Origin: Pristiophorus japonicus
Taxonomy: Eukaryota
NCBI RefSeq assembly: GCF_044704955.1
Contig: NC_092007.1
Span: 5,022,001 to 5,086,000, forward strand
Direction: 5' to 3'
Length of the DNA: 64,000 bases
Shown here: one piece after another, positions 12,045-26,400 of the stretch
How the letters are laid out: every line of letters begins with the position of its first letter
How positions within the stretch are numbered: the first letter of the stretch is position 1
Position numbers and translations under genes: made by a program
Notes under the pieces: model-generated
The model's database searches: none
What the model was told of the DNA's origin: nothing
The model's input: only the letters and a program-made list of their open reading frames with translations

Positions 12045-12620
12045 AATCATAGAAAGGTTACAGCACAGAAGACTATTTGACCCGTCGAACCCATGCCGAC
12101 TCTCATCTCGATCCACTCCTGCTCCCTTTTCCCGTGGTCCTGCATTTTTTCCCTTCAGATATAATCTACCTCAGTTTTGAAAGGTAAGATTGATTCTGCT
12201 GGCACCGCCCTTCCAGGCAATGCATTCCAGATCCCAACCACGCGCCGCATAAAAAGCATTTATCTTACATCGCAATTTGCTTCTTTTGCCAATCACCTTA
12301 AATCTGTGTTTCTGGTTCTCGACCCTTCTGCCAATGGGAACAGTTTATCTCAATCTACTCTGTACAGTCCCATCATGATTTTGAACTCCTCTATCAAATC
12401 TGCTCTCAATACTATCAGTTCCAAAGATAACAACCCCCCAGGTTCTCCACTCTCTCCTCGTAACTGAAGTCCCACATTCTCGGAATCTTTCTCGTAAATC
12501 TTTACTGCACCTTCTCTGAAGCAGATGTATCTGTACCCAGTTGGGGCCGAACCAGTGTTTTATACAGGTTAATCATAACTTCCGCACTTTTGTACTCCCT
12601 ACCACTATTTATGAGGCCAA
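12045..12620 (-). mobile_element. CR1 LINE 3' fragment (also ~25585-26155)
   Basis: Antisense CR1 ORF2 C-terminus/3' UTR with a (ttctatga)-type tail. Confidence 0.75.
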
Positions 12621-13089
12621 CTGGCCTTACCTAATTGAATTTGCAATTTTCTGCACAGTCTGATAATGAGCGGAATCTGATACAGACAGCAATACTTCAG
12701 AAACCACGCAGATGCATTGTTTCTTAAACACATGTTCCTAAATAGTACACGGCTTTTAAATGACCCTTTTGAAAACACAATAGTTTGTACAATATCTGTG
12801 TATTGTAATGGTAACTGATTAGAATTGACACTGAGCTGTGAAGGTTTATTATACTGTGTTGACAGATGCTGCCAAATTAATCCAATTAACTGTGGAGAAG
12901 TTCCTCATTGACCGCCAGAGTTGTCTAAGACGTTAACAGAGGGAGGTGTGTAATGCAAACAATCTTAACATTACTGGGGAAGATTGCTACTTTATTAAAG
13001 CACATCAACACTGTTTAAAAGTGACTGGAACCATTCAAGCCAACGGCATTTCAGGCATCTGTTTGGAGTGAAAACAAGTGTGGGATTGT

Positions 13090-13680
13090 AAATTTCACAA
13101 ACGCAAGGATGTTATGCCAACCCTTTATAAAATATCGGATTGGCCTCAACTGGAGAATTCAGTCCAATTCTGGGCATCGCACATTAGGAAGGACGTGAAG
13201 GCCTGAGAGAGGGTGCAGAAAATATCTACGAGAATAGTCCCAATGACGAGGGACTTCAGTTACGTGGAGAGACTGGAGAAGCTGGGGTTGTTCTCCTTAG
13301 AGCAGAGACGTTGGAGAGGAGATTTGACAGTGGTGTTCAGAATCAAAAGTAGATAGAGAGAAAGTGTTCCCATTGGAGGAAGGGTCAAGAACCAGAGGAC
13401 ACAGATTTAAGATGATTGCCAGAAGAACCAATGGCGATATGAGGAAAAAATATTACGCAGCGAGTGGTTAGGAGCTGGAATGCACTGCCTGGACGGGTGG
13501 TGGAGGCAGATTCAATCGTGGCTTTCAAAAGAGAATTGGATATGTACCTGAAGGAGAATAAATGCAAGGCTACAGGTAAAGGGCGGGGCAGTGGGATTGG
13601 TTGAAATGCTCTTGCAGAGATCCGGCACGGACTAGAAGGGGGCCAATGACCTCCTTTTTTGCTGTAACGATTTTAGAATT
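13090..13680 (+). mobile_element. CR1 LINE 3' fragment (also ~26630-27220; the window starts inside its homolog)
   Basis: Degenerate LYK...RPQLE..VQFWA...LEKLGLFSLEQRRLRGD...WNALP. Confidence 0.8.
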
Positions 13681-14197
13681 TTATTTTGTTTAAAAAAAAC
13701 ACAGTAAACAGAACTGAAAATATTAGCGATTAATCTGCGAAATATGCTCATTTTCACAGAAATTGCAGGCATATGAACTTTAAAATCATTTAAATTTGCA
13801 GCATATTAACTGTAATCTTCATTCTTGAGATACCTTTCATATTTGTGAAAGTTTCAAACTTCCAGCGATTGCCGCCGGAACCTCTACACTTTGCGCCGAT
13901 TGGATGGATGCTGTCCATCTGCTAGCAATGTTTCTCTCCTGGTCTTGGCTCTGTAACAGAAAGCAGTGCGTTAGAAAAGGGTGTGAGGCCACTTTCTGTC
14001 CCAGAATAACCCTCTTTCTCGCTGCCCAGATCATTTTCAATCTTTCCCTACTCAATGATGGAAACATTCTGAGCGTTGCAACATGCAGGACCAATGAAAA
14101 GACGAACACGAAAATAACAGATGCCCCATCGAGCCAATCCCAAACAGTCAGGACGCAACAATGCCTCAGGATTGCAACTCTCCCTCTCGGCACCATG

Positions 14198-17100
14198 TCA
14201 GCTCTGACTGGTGAGAAATAACGTAATAAAAAAGTACTGGGTCAATTCAGCAATAAATACATCTGCAAATGTCTTCTCCTACCTCTATGACGAACAAAAC
14301 GAGTTTCAATTGATAACAATGTCGATGAGGTACATCACCTAACAGAGCAACTAAGATTTGCTCGCAATGATATTAGCCCCAGGAGCGGATTCTACCCGTT
14401 CCAGTCCAGCAATTCTTGCTCATATGCTGAAATTCTGACGACACGTTATTTTGAAATCTCTCTTTATTACCCCACGAGTTGCAGTAATTATTCCCATACC
14501 CGTGTGAGTCTATTTCTTTCATCACCAAGACAATGATGGCAATCAGAATGAGAACGGCAGCAGCGGTTCTGATTGACATGGCGATTTTCCAAAATGATCC
14601 TGAAAATATTCAACAACAAAAAACACGCTCTTCATTATTGCTCTGATTAACCCAGGTTTCTCGATAGCATTTAACAACATGTATGGGACTATTAAGATAG
14701 AAATCAACTCACATTTATTTAGTGCTTTTCCCAACCTCGCAACCCACTTTACAGCCAATGAAGTACGATGGAAGTTTATTCACTGTTGCACTGTAGGTAA
14801 CGTGGCAGCTGTATTGCGCATAGCATGCTCCCACAAACAGCGATGAGATAAATAAGCAGATAATCTCTTTCAGTATTACTGGTTGAGGGATAAATAATTG
14901 CCAAGGCATCGGAGAAGGATCCGCCTGCTCGTCTTCAATCGATTCAGTATTATAGCATCCCTTAGAAAATGCAGCTATACATATCGCATACTCGAATCTG
15001 CTCCTCCGTTATCCGATATCTTAATTCAGTCCATAAGTTGCGTTTAAAGTTATTCTGCGCCAATTGTCAGTATTTTGACACGTGATAGTTTGCTCAGAAT
15101 ATCAATAAAACTGACATTCGGCTGAAAAAACTGCGTGAAAATAAATTGAACTGAGCATTTGTAAATTGAATGATGGACTGTGTCCCACTAATGTTACAGT
15201 GAGCGCAAATATGGTTTCATAGAGTGTGTCACTAATTCAGAAAATTCTGTTTTATAAACGATGACACATTCCTTCTAGTGTTTTATATTACACTTTCTAT
15301 CTTCGTTAAAAAAGGCGACAATAATCAAATTCAGAAGACCAAAATATAAACTTGACGGGGATTATTCTCATCTGAATTTCGCGAGCAGCATGAACCAGAG
15401 CCAAACACTACTAAAATTAAGAATGGTATACGTCCTAAATTGCAAATAATCAGAGAAAAATACAACATTACTGCATAGGAGGAGGACATTCGGCCCATCA
15501 TGTTCCTGCCGGCCAATTTAGCATTATCCAGCCTAATTCCATTTTCAAGCTCATCGTCATATCCAACTAAATGCTATGGGAGAGTGTGCCTCTAAATTCT
15601 TTCGGGCGGTGATTTGCAGAGCACGACCATCCTCTGGTGAAAGCATATCATCTCAAATCCCCTCTAATCCTTCTACAAATTACTTTAAATAAGTATGGCA
15701 TTACGGACTCAGTGGAATTATTGCCTTCTCAGGGATACTCTGAAATAGCTGCAAGCCCTCCGGAGTGAAGCTGTGTGGCAAAGTTAAATCTGAGCATCGA
15801 TCAAGTGATTGAGAGCCTGCAGCTCACTACCATTACAATGAAAGGAAACCAGACGTCATAAAGTCTCCGATTAATTCAGAAGGACTCGCTTGTTTAACGA
15901 TCATACGCTACCTTTACTGTTTAATGTTAACCCCTTCCTCTCTTCACAAGCACAGTGCGACCATAACTTAATTCAGAAAATCAGTGATTACATTTTACAT
16001 TTTTCCAACAATTTTAAGATAGCAGACAGTCACTAACCAGACAATTACTCTACTGAAATTAGCAATGGATTCAGTCCTCAATCATAGATCAGTAAGTTAA
16101 TACAAGCTCAAATGGAACTGATATTTGCTGACACTAATTCTGTTCACTTAGTATCGGGCCAATGATGGAATAAACCAGCTACTTTAATCAAGCAAATCTC
16201 AACACTCACCTGTTGAACAGATCTGATATTTGCCGACTCTAACACCGTGTTCGTTCCATGCAACACAGGAGATATGGTGTCCTGTAGCGGTTGGGTGGGT
16301 CAGTGTCAGAGAGCTCTGCACCAGGGAATTATTCATTGACCGGGCGTTGACTCCGAGACCTGGCATGTTTCCAGTGATGTTTCTTCCATTGACGCTCCAG
16401 GTGATGTTTGCCGGGGGCTTGGCTCTTACACTGCAGGTACAATGAAACCCACTCTCAAATCTGGTGCAGGTCGGGCCCCATACTATGGTGGGTTTAACTG
16501 AAAAAATAGACATGTTCGACTTAAGATGATTTTAATCATGCAGTTGCATTGTTTAAGTTAAACCAATTGGCGCTATTTGGAGAAGCACAGGAGTGAACAC
16601 AAAGCCCGGCATTACCAATAAAAATAACTTGCATTTCAACTTGCATTCCAATCTCCAGTTCTGATGAAAGGTCCGCGGCCCGAATCGTTAACTCTGCCTC
16701 CTTTGCACAGATGCTGCCTGACCTGCTGAGTTTTGCAGCAATTTCAGATTTTATTCCAGATTCTAGCATCCGCAGTTTATTGCTTTTTTTAATTTGCATT
16801 AATATAGCGCCGCTAACGTGGCAAAAATTCCCAATGAGCTTCAAAAGTTCACAGAAGACTACATCGGAAGGTTGGCACAGAAACGGTACAGTTGGCTCAA
16901 CCACTCAATGTCTGAGTTAATGCTCCACTCGAGCCTCCTCCCGTCTTTCCTCATCTAAAGCTATCAGCATAACGCTCTATTCCCTTCTCCCTCATACGCT
17001 TTTTCAACATCACTTTACATGCATCTGTTCAATCAGCTTCAACCACTCGCTGTAAAGAAGTTCCTTCTGAATTCTCTCTGGGATATATCTTTTTGTCTAC

Positions 17101-20100
17101 CCTATAAAAACCTTTCGTCATTTTAAAGATGTCAATTAGATCACTCCTCAGCCTTCTATTTTCAAGTGAAAAAAGACCCCAAAGAGCGTTAGCAAACAAC
17201 ATTTGATACGGATCATTCCTGTACCGTTACAAATTTAATTGGCTCACATCACACTTACATTGCACAGAAATCTGTGTGGATCTGTTGGCGGTGCTCAGGT
17301 TATTTTCAGCCACGCAATAATACTCGCCGTCATCTTCAGAACTAATGTTGTGAAATGTGTGCTTCAGTTCACCGGTGGATGATCTGCTGATCTCAGTGAC
17401 AACTCGGACCAATGTTAAATTGACGGGCTGGTCACCCAGAGCCCTGCAGTACAATAATAATGAAGTGCCCTCCACTATTACGATAGAAGAATTGAAGCTT
17501 GGTTTTTCCAGTACATCTGAAACACACGAGAGCATTGGTGTTATTGGAGAATATCGGAGCAGAAGAGTAAAGACAATTTGGCAATTGAAGAATAATATTA
17601 AAGCCGATATGGTGGCTATATTGCCAAATCTAAATTTAAAAAGCCAGCCTATGATTGTTGGCGCTATACTGCTTAAGATTATTTCAAATTTAGACCAAAT
17701 TTATCTCAACGTTTTATCCTCTTCACTTCAAACGTTTGTTGTGACTGCCTGGACGTGATTCTTTTCCACAGAAACATCAATCAAGCGGCCATTCCTCCAA
17801 CAACAAGAACAGTGGCCTTTCCCATCACTTGAACAGAGCTGTTGAGGCGCATTGCAGGCTCCCGACCACCACCGCTGATAACTCGTCACATACACTTATG
17901 TTTCAGATGCTCTCTCGGTGCAACTATATCAGGAATTAGGAGCCTTTGGAATAACATTTGACATAAGTAGCATCTATGGAGCCTTCCAATGTTACTCCCT
18001 GGGTCTTTGTCAATGTGAAATAATACAACTCACAAGAAATGTTTGATAGTCAGTTCGACCCAATGGTTATAGGAATATATCTTACACTTCGAGTACGTTC
18101 CGCTATTCAATTAGATCATGGCTCATCCATATGGTAGCTCTGCCTACCCGCCTGTGCTTTATCCTTATTTTTAAAAACTATCCATCACATATGTTGTATA
18201 TTTAATTATCTAGGCGAGCTATCACTCCACTGAGCATCAAGACAAGTTTGGATCCTGTTTATCAAAGGATGATGCAATGCAGGGTACAGCAGATACTTAC
18301 TTTGAATGTGCAGTGTGAGAGTTTCTTGAACACTCCCCACGACACCATCAACGACAAGCTGACATCCCAGCTTTTTCCCATTGTGGTCTGGTGATGGGGT
18401 GAAGATGAATGTTGTTGAAACAGCCCATGATCCCTCCAACCTGTTGTCTATGTATTTGGAATTTTTAGTCTCTTGCAGCAAACGAACATTATCCTCGTCC
18501 TGAATCCACGTCAGTTCTGGATTGGCGGAGGGGCAGCTGGAGGTGACTGAGCAGGTTAAATGTACGGGCTTTCCAGCAATCAATTCCCCAGGGACTGAAA
18601 TCCATGACTTATCTGTAAGCAGTGAAAGGAATTCTTGTGACTGTGGATTTCAATATAACACATGTGGAGGGAAGGGTATGTCTGAGATAATACCATGAGC
18701 AAAAATGTATATGTTTTCCACTTGATCTCTGCTGTGGGAAGGAGCCGATTGTTAATTATTACTTACGGTCACAGAATCAATCGATTGATACATGTGTTCA
18801 TGAACTTAATGTCCTGCCACAATATGAATGACTTATTCATGTGGGCTTGTTTCTGATCGGTCAGTCACCGCTCTGCAGCACACAATTATTTCAATTCAAA
18901 TTGAGGTCAGAAAAAACATTCAAAACAGAGTCCCAGATTTGGTTCCTTGAGTGTACCTGGGATATTCTTAGTCCAACGGCTCACTCTCACGTGGAACAGT
19001 TGATTTAGCCATTGCTTATTTTTATTCTTGCTTTTAATTCATTTTCTCTCATTTAGTCTCGCGATAGGAGTGCCACAACTAACCTTCAGGACGAGGGACA
19101 CGCTTAACTAACCTGGTTTGTTACTGTTACCAACAGCGGGACAGTGCACAGCTATGAGAAGAAAGCAAGACCAGGTTGCGGGTTCAAGACCCATTTCAGA
19201 GACTTAAGCACAACCTGTAGCCTGACACTCCAGTGCAGTACTGATGCATTGTCACAATGCCGGAGATTCCATTTTACGGATGAGATATGAACCTGTTCTC
19301 CTAATTTACCTCTCAAGTGTACATAACAGTTCGCGCAGTATTATTTTGAATGAGCTTTTGTCCTCGTTAACTTTGATTGATCGAAGCGTTATCTGCAAGG
19401 CTGTTGGATGTTTTAAAAGACAAATACAGATGTCCTTCAGCCGTGGTGGGCCGAAGGGCCTCTTAATGTAATGTAAGATTAAATATTTCTATGATTGTAA
19501 TTTATAACACACACCTGGATATTATGCAGTGTACCAGCCCTGCAGAGATGGCGTTTGACGTGGGCCAATGTCAACATGAAATCTTTCATTTTAGGCAAAA
19601 ATTGAATGGCATTGGCGAGATGCAACATTAACTACAAAAGGAAAAATTCAAAATAACTTACTTAAAATAGAAAGATTGACAGGAGTTTTGGAACCGTATC
19701 CTTCTATCTGATCCTGGGAGTTCATGATCTTCAATATGAAGTAATATTCTCCTCCATCGCTCTCCCTGATGTCCTTTAACCGTAAGGAGCATTGCTTCTT
19801 TATAAAGTCGCCGGCTAACTCTGCCCTCCCTCGATAGTCATGGTGCATATTGTCTGCATCTCTGGAATCATAGATAACCGAGACCCCTGGTGCATAAAGA
19901 TGAGGACTCCACTTTAAGCACATACCCTGTGGATTGCGACCATTCGTGGGATAGTCAAATCTACACGGGATCTTTGCACATGAACCCTTCACCGCCGATA
20001 AACTCCATGGTGTCGTCACAGACCATCGTGAACTACGTACAACTGGTGAAGAAATAGAAATTAAACATCCATTGAAATCCCCAATATGAATACTTTCCCT

Positions 20101-20440
20101 CATCGTCAGGTTAAATAATATTACTTTAACCTTTGACGCCCACGAAAACATACTAATGAGTATCTCAATGAAAAGGCGTTAAATTTTAATTAAAACTCCT
20201 CCAATTCCATTAACTACTCCATTGAAAGCCGGCAAATCAGAAAGTAAATATTAAATCAATATGATAAATACATAAAGAATTTCTGAATAAAACATATTAA
20301 AAGTTAAGCATGTACTATCTCTATAAAGTAAGAATGTTTTAATTGAACACAAAATGGAAATCGTTTCGAACATCAATTAGTAAACTGAACATTTTACCTT
20401 TACAGAATATCAGAATGGAGATAAATGTTAAACTCTTCAT
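14198..20440 (-). CDS. Siglec-like Ig-superfamily receptor, copy B (all splice sites intact, ~463 aa)
   Basis: Exons 20398-20440, 19662-20042, 18301-18612, 17259-17516, 16210-16497, 14500-14599, probable 14198-14207. All GT/AG, no stops, ~99% identical to copy A. Confidence 0.88.
14500..14599 (-). CDS. Copy B exon 6, transmembrane segment with Arg
   Basis: Same as copy A TM exon. Confidence 0.82.
16210..16497 (-). CDS. Copy B exon 5, Ig domain
   Basis: GPTCTRFESGFHCTCSV...ISCVAWNEHG; AG acceptor and GTGAGT donor. Confidence 0.9.
17259..17516 (-). CDS. Copy B exon 4, Ig domain
   Basis: EDDGEYYCVAEN; AG acceptor and GTAAGT donor. Confidence 0.9.
18301..18612 (-). CDS. Copy B exon 3, C2-set Ig domain
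   Basis: Intact cttacag acceptor (18613-18614) and GTAAGT donor. Confidence 0.9.
19662..20042 (-). CDS. Copy B exon 2, V-set Ig domain
   Basis: As copy A but QGMCLKWS instead of QGMWLKGS. Confidence 0.92.
20398..20440 (-). CDS. Copy B exon 1, signal peptide
   Basis: Identical to copy A exon 1. Confidence 0.8.
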
Positions 20441-23400
20441 GGGTGGAACGGTTCACGATGTCAAAATGACAGAAATTGACTCAATCTCAGATATCACTAA
20501 TCTAGTTCCAGATTCTGTTCGCCGGTAATATCCTGGAGTTCACAGATGACCGAATCAGAGTATCAGCAGGTCAGTTGAAAGCTATCCAACAAACATTCGA
20601 CACCGTGGTTGCTCAAACAGCTATCACCACTCCTCGGATGTTGCTCATCAAAACTGCTGCAATTCTGGATCATTTCGAACGTGACCATGTCCTGTAGTAA
20701 TTGGCCCGCAGTTACAGGATATGCTGAGACCCCGCCTGTTGCTGATTAGCCCTGAGCAGAAATATACCAATTTCCCCTTCATCAGCACAGCTACAGGGCA
20801 CGGGGTGGCATTCTAGTTTGTAATACAGAATAAATGTTTGGACACTGAAATATGTAGAGGAACAAAGTGGCCTTGGAGTGCAAGTCCACCGATCCCTGAA
20901 GGTAGCAGGACAGGTAGATAAGCTGCTTAAGAAGGCATACGGAATACTAGCATTTATTAGTCAAGGTGCAGAATACAAGAACAAAGAGGTTATTCTTGAA
21001 CTGTATAAAACACTAATTGGACCACTGCTAGAGTACTGTGTGCAGTTCTGGTCTTCACTTTACAGGAAATATGTGATGCACCAGAGAGGGTATGTTGCCT
21101 TTAATGGAGAATCTTATATTTGAGGAACGGTACTATAGGCTGGGGTAGTATTCTTTGAAATAGATGAGGCTGAAGGAAGATTAAATTGAGCTGTATTACA
21201 TTATGAGAGGCCTGGATAGAGTGGATAAGAAGGACCTACTTCCTTTAGCAGAGGGGTCAATAACGATGGGGCATAGATTAAAAGTAATTGGTACGAGGTG
21301 TAGTGGGCATTTGAGGATACTTATTTTCAGCCAGAGGGTGATGGGGGAAAGGAATCACTGCCTCAAAGCAGGGTAGAGACAGAAACCCTCAGCATCTAAA
21401 AATTACGTGGATGTGCACTTGAAGTGCTGTAACCTACAGAGATATGGAGCGAGAGCTGGAAATGGGATTAGGCTGGCATCGCTGAAATTAACGGACTTAT
21501 ATCCAGGTTGCTGCAATGAAACTTTTCTGATGATTCTGATTACAGTGCTGGAACTGTGAGTTGTGATTCAGCTTTTAGATTCGAGGGTCTATGTAGCTGG
21601 AAGCAATGTGGAAATTTGTCTACAGGAATATATCCCTTCACATTCTATGTTACAAGAAGGACATAGATGAATTGGAGAAGGTGCAAATCAGATTTTCAAA
21701 AAGTAGACCAGAAATGGGAGAATATAAACAGCAGGAAAGTCTGAACGGTCTGGCAAGCTTTCCTCTAGAAAAGAGAAGGTGGAGGGGTGACATAATAGAG
21801 GCCTTTAAAATGATGAAGGGGTTTGATAGGATAGATGAAGCAGAGACTTTCCACTTGTGCGGGGATCAAAACCTGAGTTCATCGATATGAGATAGTCATT
21901 CAGAAATAACAGAAGGAATTCAGGAGAACCTTATTTACCCAGAGAATGGTGAGAATGTGGAAGTTGCTACCACACGGAGGGATTGAGGCGAATAGTATAG
22001 ATGTGTTTAAGAGGCAGCTAGATAGCTACATGAGGGAGAAAGGAATATGCTGCTGGATGAAATAAACTTGGGAGGAGAAAGCTCCGGTGGAGCATAAACG
22101 TTGCCTTGGACAAGTTGGGCCCAATTGCATGTTTCTTTGCTGCACATTTGATGTAATTAACCCTGAATTAATTACATCAAGTTTGCTGAGTCTCTCACTA
22201 TATTCAAGGTTGCGATAGATAGATATTTGTAGTTTAGAGAATGAAGGGCTATGTGGAGAGGGCGGGAATTTGCTAAGGTCGATGATCAGCTATGACCTCA
22301 TTGAATGGCGGAGCAGGCTTGAGGGGTCATGTTGGCTACTCCTGCTACTATTTCTTATGTACTTTTGTTCTTTATTATGGTTCTGTGTCGACAATGAGCT
22401 CTACGTTTGTTTTTTATTTATTTTTATTTTGTTTCTGTCTTGACTGGTGTATGGAATGTGTATTCAATTCAGGCGCCAGCTTGGTTTATCTGTCTCGATT
22501 AGGGATGTGTGTTCAGATCCAAGACTCAGGTGTTTAACAATACCTGACTCCATATGCCTGCTCAGTCCCAGAGTGGAGGGTGATGCAATGTACTTTGCTC
22601 AATTACACTCCACACAAGGCCCAGCTTGCTTTGAGGCTCACGGGTTGGGTATTGTGTAATCAGCATCTGGGCCTAGTAAGTGTTTACCACTGACTGTCCC
22701 TATGGTACATGCTCAGTGTCTCCCTCAGTGTCGCTGCCTCGAGGTGGGTTTATTTACACCGTGTGTTGTGTAGCACCAGAGCGCGCTGTGAAGCGCTGGG
22801 TCCTATTTAGCGACTGTGTTGTTCTGGTTACCGCAACACACAGCACCCTGCTATCTCTGGCGTACATGTAAGTGAATCATTGTGTACGACGGAGATGGAT
22901 GAAAGATATCTGTTGTCAAGCAACATCTCTTTATACCGTGTGCTGCATCTTGAAATTTCATGGTCTGTTTGCAGCTCTGTGTTTAACCCTTCAAGCAATG
23001 TGAGATCAAATTTGACAGTGTGCTTGAGTGATTTATATGAAACACGGGTGGAAGCTACAAAGAGGATGCCGTTGCCTCAGATCAGGGCAGTTGGTGCATG
23101 GGAACCCCATCCTCTTCCAGTTCCCCTGCAAGTCACAGCATAACCCTGATTTGAATATGTATCACCCTCCCTGCAACAGAGATAGGGCAAAGTCCTAAAA
23201 TCCCGGAACTCCGTCCTTAACAGCGCTGTGGGAGTACCTTCACCACACGGGCTGCAGCGGTTGCAGAGCTCGGCTCATTACCAGCTTCTCAGGGGCGATT
23301 AGGGATGGGCAATAAATGAGACATTGCAAGCGATACTCACATTCCAGGAGCGAATAAAAGATATGCAGCTGCATTTTTCCACGGTCCTCTCCCACCTCCA

Positions 23401-26400
23401 ATATTCAAATTATGCCCCTGTTCTGAAATGTATCTTTATTAGTAAAATGAGTTCCCGCCAGTACCTCAAACAACTAACCATTTTTAACTTGCAAGTCACG
23501 CAAATAATATCTCCAGGATTTTCGATAGGAGCGGAATTTTTATGATCCTGGCACTGGTTGGCTGGGATGGGGATTTATAATTGCTGATTGGCCCTTGGAT
23601 TTTAAGAAAATCGACAATGCAATTGTGTATTGCAGTGTGTTGCCATTTCCTCGACTGATCCCGCAGCCTGAGCTGATGTCGATTCCTTGGGCTCAGTGCG
23701 AAAGTGAAAGGCTTCTCCATGCAACAGCACCACACAGTGGCAGCCCGACGGCATTACAAGAGCTATTTTTCACTGCACCATCAGACACAACTGGGATCAG
23801 CTGTGGCTAACATCCTCTATCATGCCAAGATTAACTCCTAGTTCACCTCACCTTCCCCAACACGTGGCCGAAATGTACTTCAGCATCTACAGAATGAAAT
23901 AGGGAAATGTGTTATTCCTGATACAATGGACTTTCCACTTTTGTCCAACACATCGCACACTTGGATCTGTTCTCTCTCCACACATGCTCTCAATAGCAGC
24001 AACAGCTCCCACCCCTATTTGGATCAGTTTACAGACCAGGCACATGAGTCTTCAGTTGTACAAGCGAAATGCTTCCGGAACAAGTTGTAAACCTTGCGAA
24101 ATTCCTCTTGTTAAGGTATACTGCTCTTACTGACAAACACGGTCTGGGCCTATTAGGTTGAATTGTTGTAAAGGGTGGAGTTCTGGCAAGGTGAATTGTT
24201 ACCATATTTCATGCACATTATTGTGTTTGATGCTTGGAACACAGTTATATCATGGAAATCACCATGATTTTTTTTTACTGAATTGGGACATTGAGACTAT
24301 TTACTTTTCACAGTATCAAGTTCCCAGCATCGGTTTTTGGTCCTTGCACAATGAGCTCACATGGTTGAGCAGATGTCCCACTGGGAATATCCTAAAGATG
24401 CACCATACCAATCGTTGTGGAAATAGCACGGCCCACTAAGTTCTTTGTTTTTAACTCGTGCTGTGCAATTCACTGGAACTAGTCGCAGTCCCACTACTCT
24501 ATCCTCACAGCGCTGTACATTATTCCCGTTTAAAATATATATCCAATATGGGTTTGAAAGTTACTATTGATTTTGATACTCCCAGATTTTCAGGCAGTGA
24601 ATTCCATGTCATAACAATTCTCTGTCGATTCCCTGCAAATGTTTTCCAAATTTACTTTCCGGTGCCTTTCAGTTTAATGCAGAGCACACCAGTTACCCAC
24701 CTTCAACACTCACTCCCTCCACCACCGTGGTGCACCGTCTACAAGATGCACTGCAGCAACTCGCCAAGGCTTCTTCGGCAGCACCTCCCAAACCCGCCAC
24801 TTCAAACACCTAGAAGGACAAGGACAGCAGGCGCATGGGAACATGACCACCTCCACATTCCCCTCCAAGTCACACACCATCCAGACTTGGAAATATATCG
24901 CCCGTTCTTTCATCGTCGCCGGGTCAAAATCCTGGAAAGTCCTCCACAACAGCGCTGTGATAGCACCTTCACCACACGGACTGCATCGGTTCAAGAAAGC
25001 AGCTCACCACCAATTTCTCAAGAGCAATAAGCAACGGGCAATATATTATGTCATGCCACTGATAAAGAGTCAAACATAACTAATTACCCATTATTATAAA
25101 ATATCTCAGAAAATTATTTAATTGTTAAGCTTCTCTTGGGCTCAAATCGGGACCCTAATAAATCAGGTTGCATGTATGTTCCTGGGTTTTATTGACAGGC
25201 TGAACATAATGGGAAGATTCAATTCTATTGGCATCATAACATCCTGGGAAAGCTTCACGATTTCAGTGGAAATAGTGAAGGAGGAAATTGTTGCCGAAAA
25301 GCATTTCCAATATAACAAAGTAGCTGGTATTACTCAGAAATATCCACGCTGTCCCAACCACATTTGCTGCATTGAGTAACAGGAGCATATTTCCACTATT
25401 CACTGCACTGTGTCTGACCGGGAGAAGGTGGAGGTTTATTTTGGATGTAAGTATAGCGTTCCACTCTCAGCACCTCTGAGCTCCAGTAACAAATATCAAA
25501 ATAAATTAGTTGTGATGTGTTTTAATGAAGCATTGCATAAACTAAACTATGACAAATTACAAGTTACATAACAGAATTATGCAATCATAGAAAGGTTACA
25601 GCACAGAAGACTATTTGACCCGTCGAACCCATGCCGACTCTCAGCTCGATCCACTCCTGCTCCCTTTTCCCGTGGTCCTGCATTTTTTCCCTTCAGATAT
25701 AATCTACCTCAGTTTTGAACGGTAAGATTGATTCTGCTGGCACCGCCCTTCCAGGCAATGCATTCCAGATCCCAACCACGCGCCGCATAAAAAGCATTTA
25801 TCTTACATCACAATTTGCTTCTTTTGCCAATCACCTTAAATCTGTGTTTCTGGTTCTCGACCCTTCTGCCAATGGGAACAGTTTATCTCAATCTACTCTG
25901 TACAGTCCCATCATGATTTTGAACTCCTCTATCAAATCTGCTCTCAATACTATCAGTTCCAAAGATAACAACCCCCCAGGTTCTCCAGTCTCTCCTCGTA
26001 ACTGAAGTCCCACATTCTCGGAATCTTTCTCGTAAATCTTTACTGCACCTTCTCTGAAGCAGATGTATCTGTACCCAGTTGGGGCCGAACCAGTGTTTTA
26101 TACAGGTTAATCATAACTTCCGCACTTTTGTACTCCCTACCACTATTTATGAGGCCAACTGGCCTTACCTAATTTAATTTGCAATTTTCTGCACAGATTG
26201 ATAATGAGCGGAATCTAATACAGACAGCAATACTTCAGAAACCACGCAGATGCATTGTTTCTTAAACACATGTTCCTAAATAGTACACGGCTTTTAAATG
26301 ACCCTATTGAAAACACAATAGTTTGTACAATATCTGTGTATTGTAAAGGTAACTGATTAGAATTGACACTGAGCTGTGAAGGTTTATTATACTGTGTTGA

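Noticed and set aside
13837-14196. 119-aa minus-strand ORF with a hydrophobic stretch as the cytoplasmic or second TM exon
   Set aside because: It is interrupted by stops in copies A and C, is out of frame with the predicted splice from the TM exon, and has no signalling motif.
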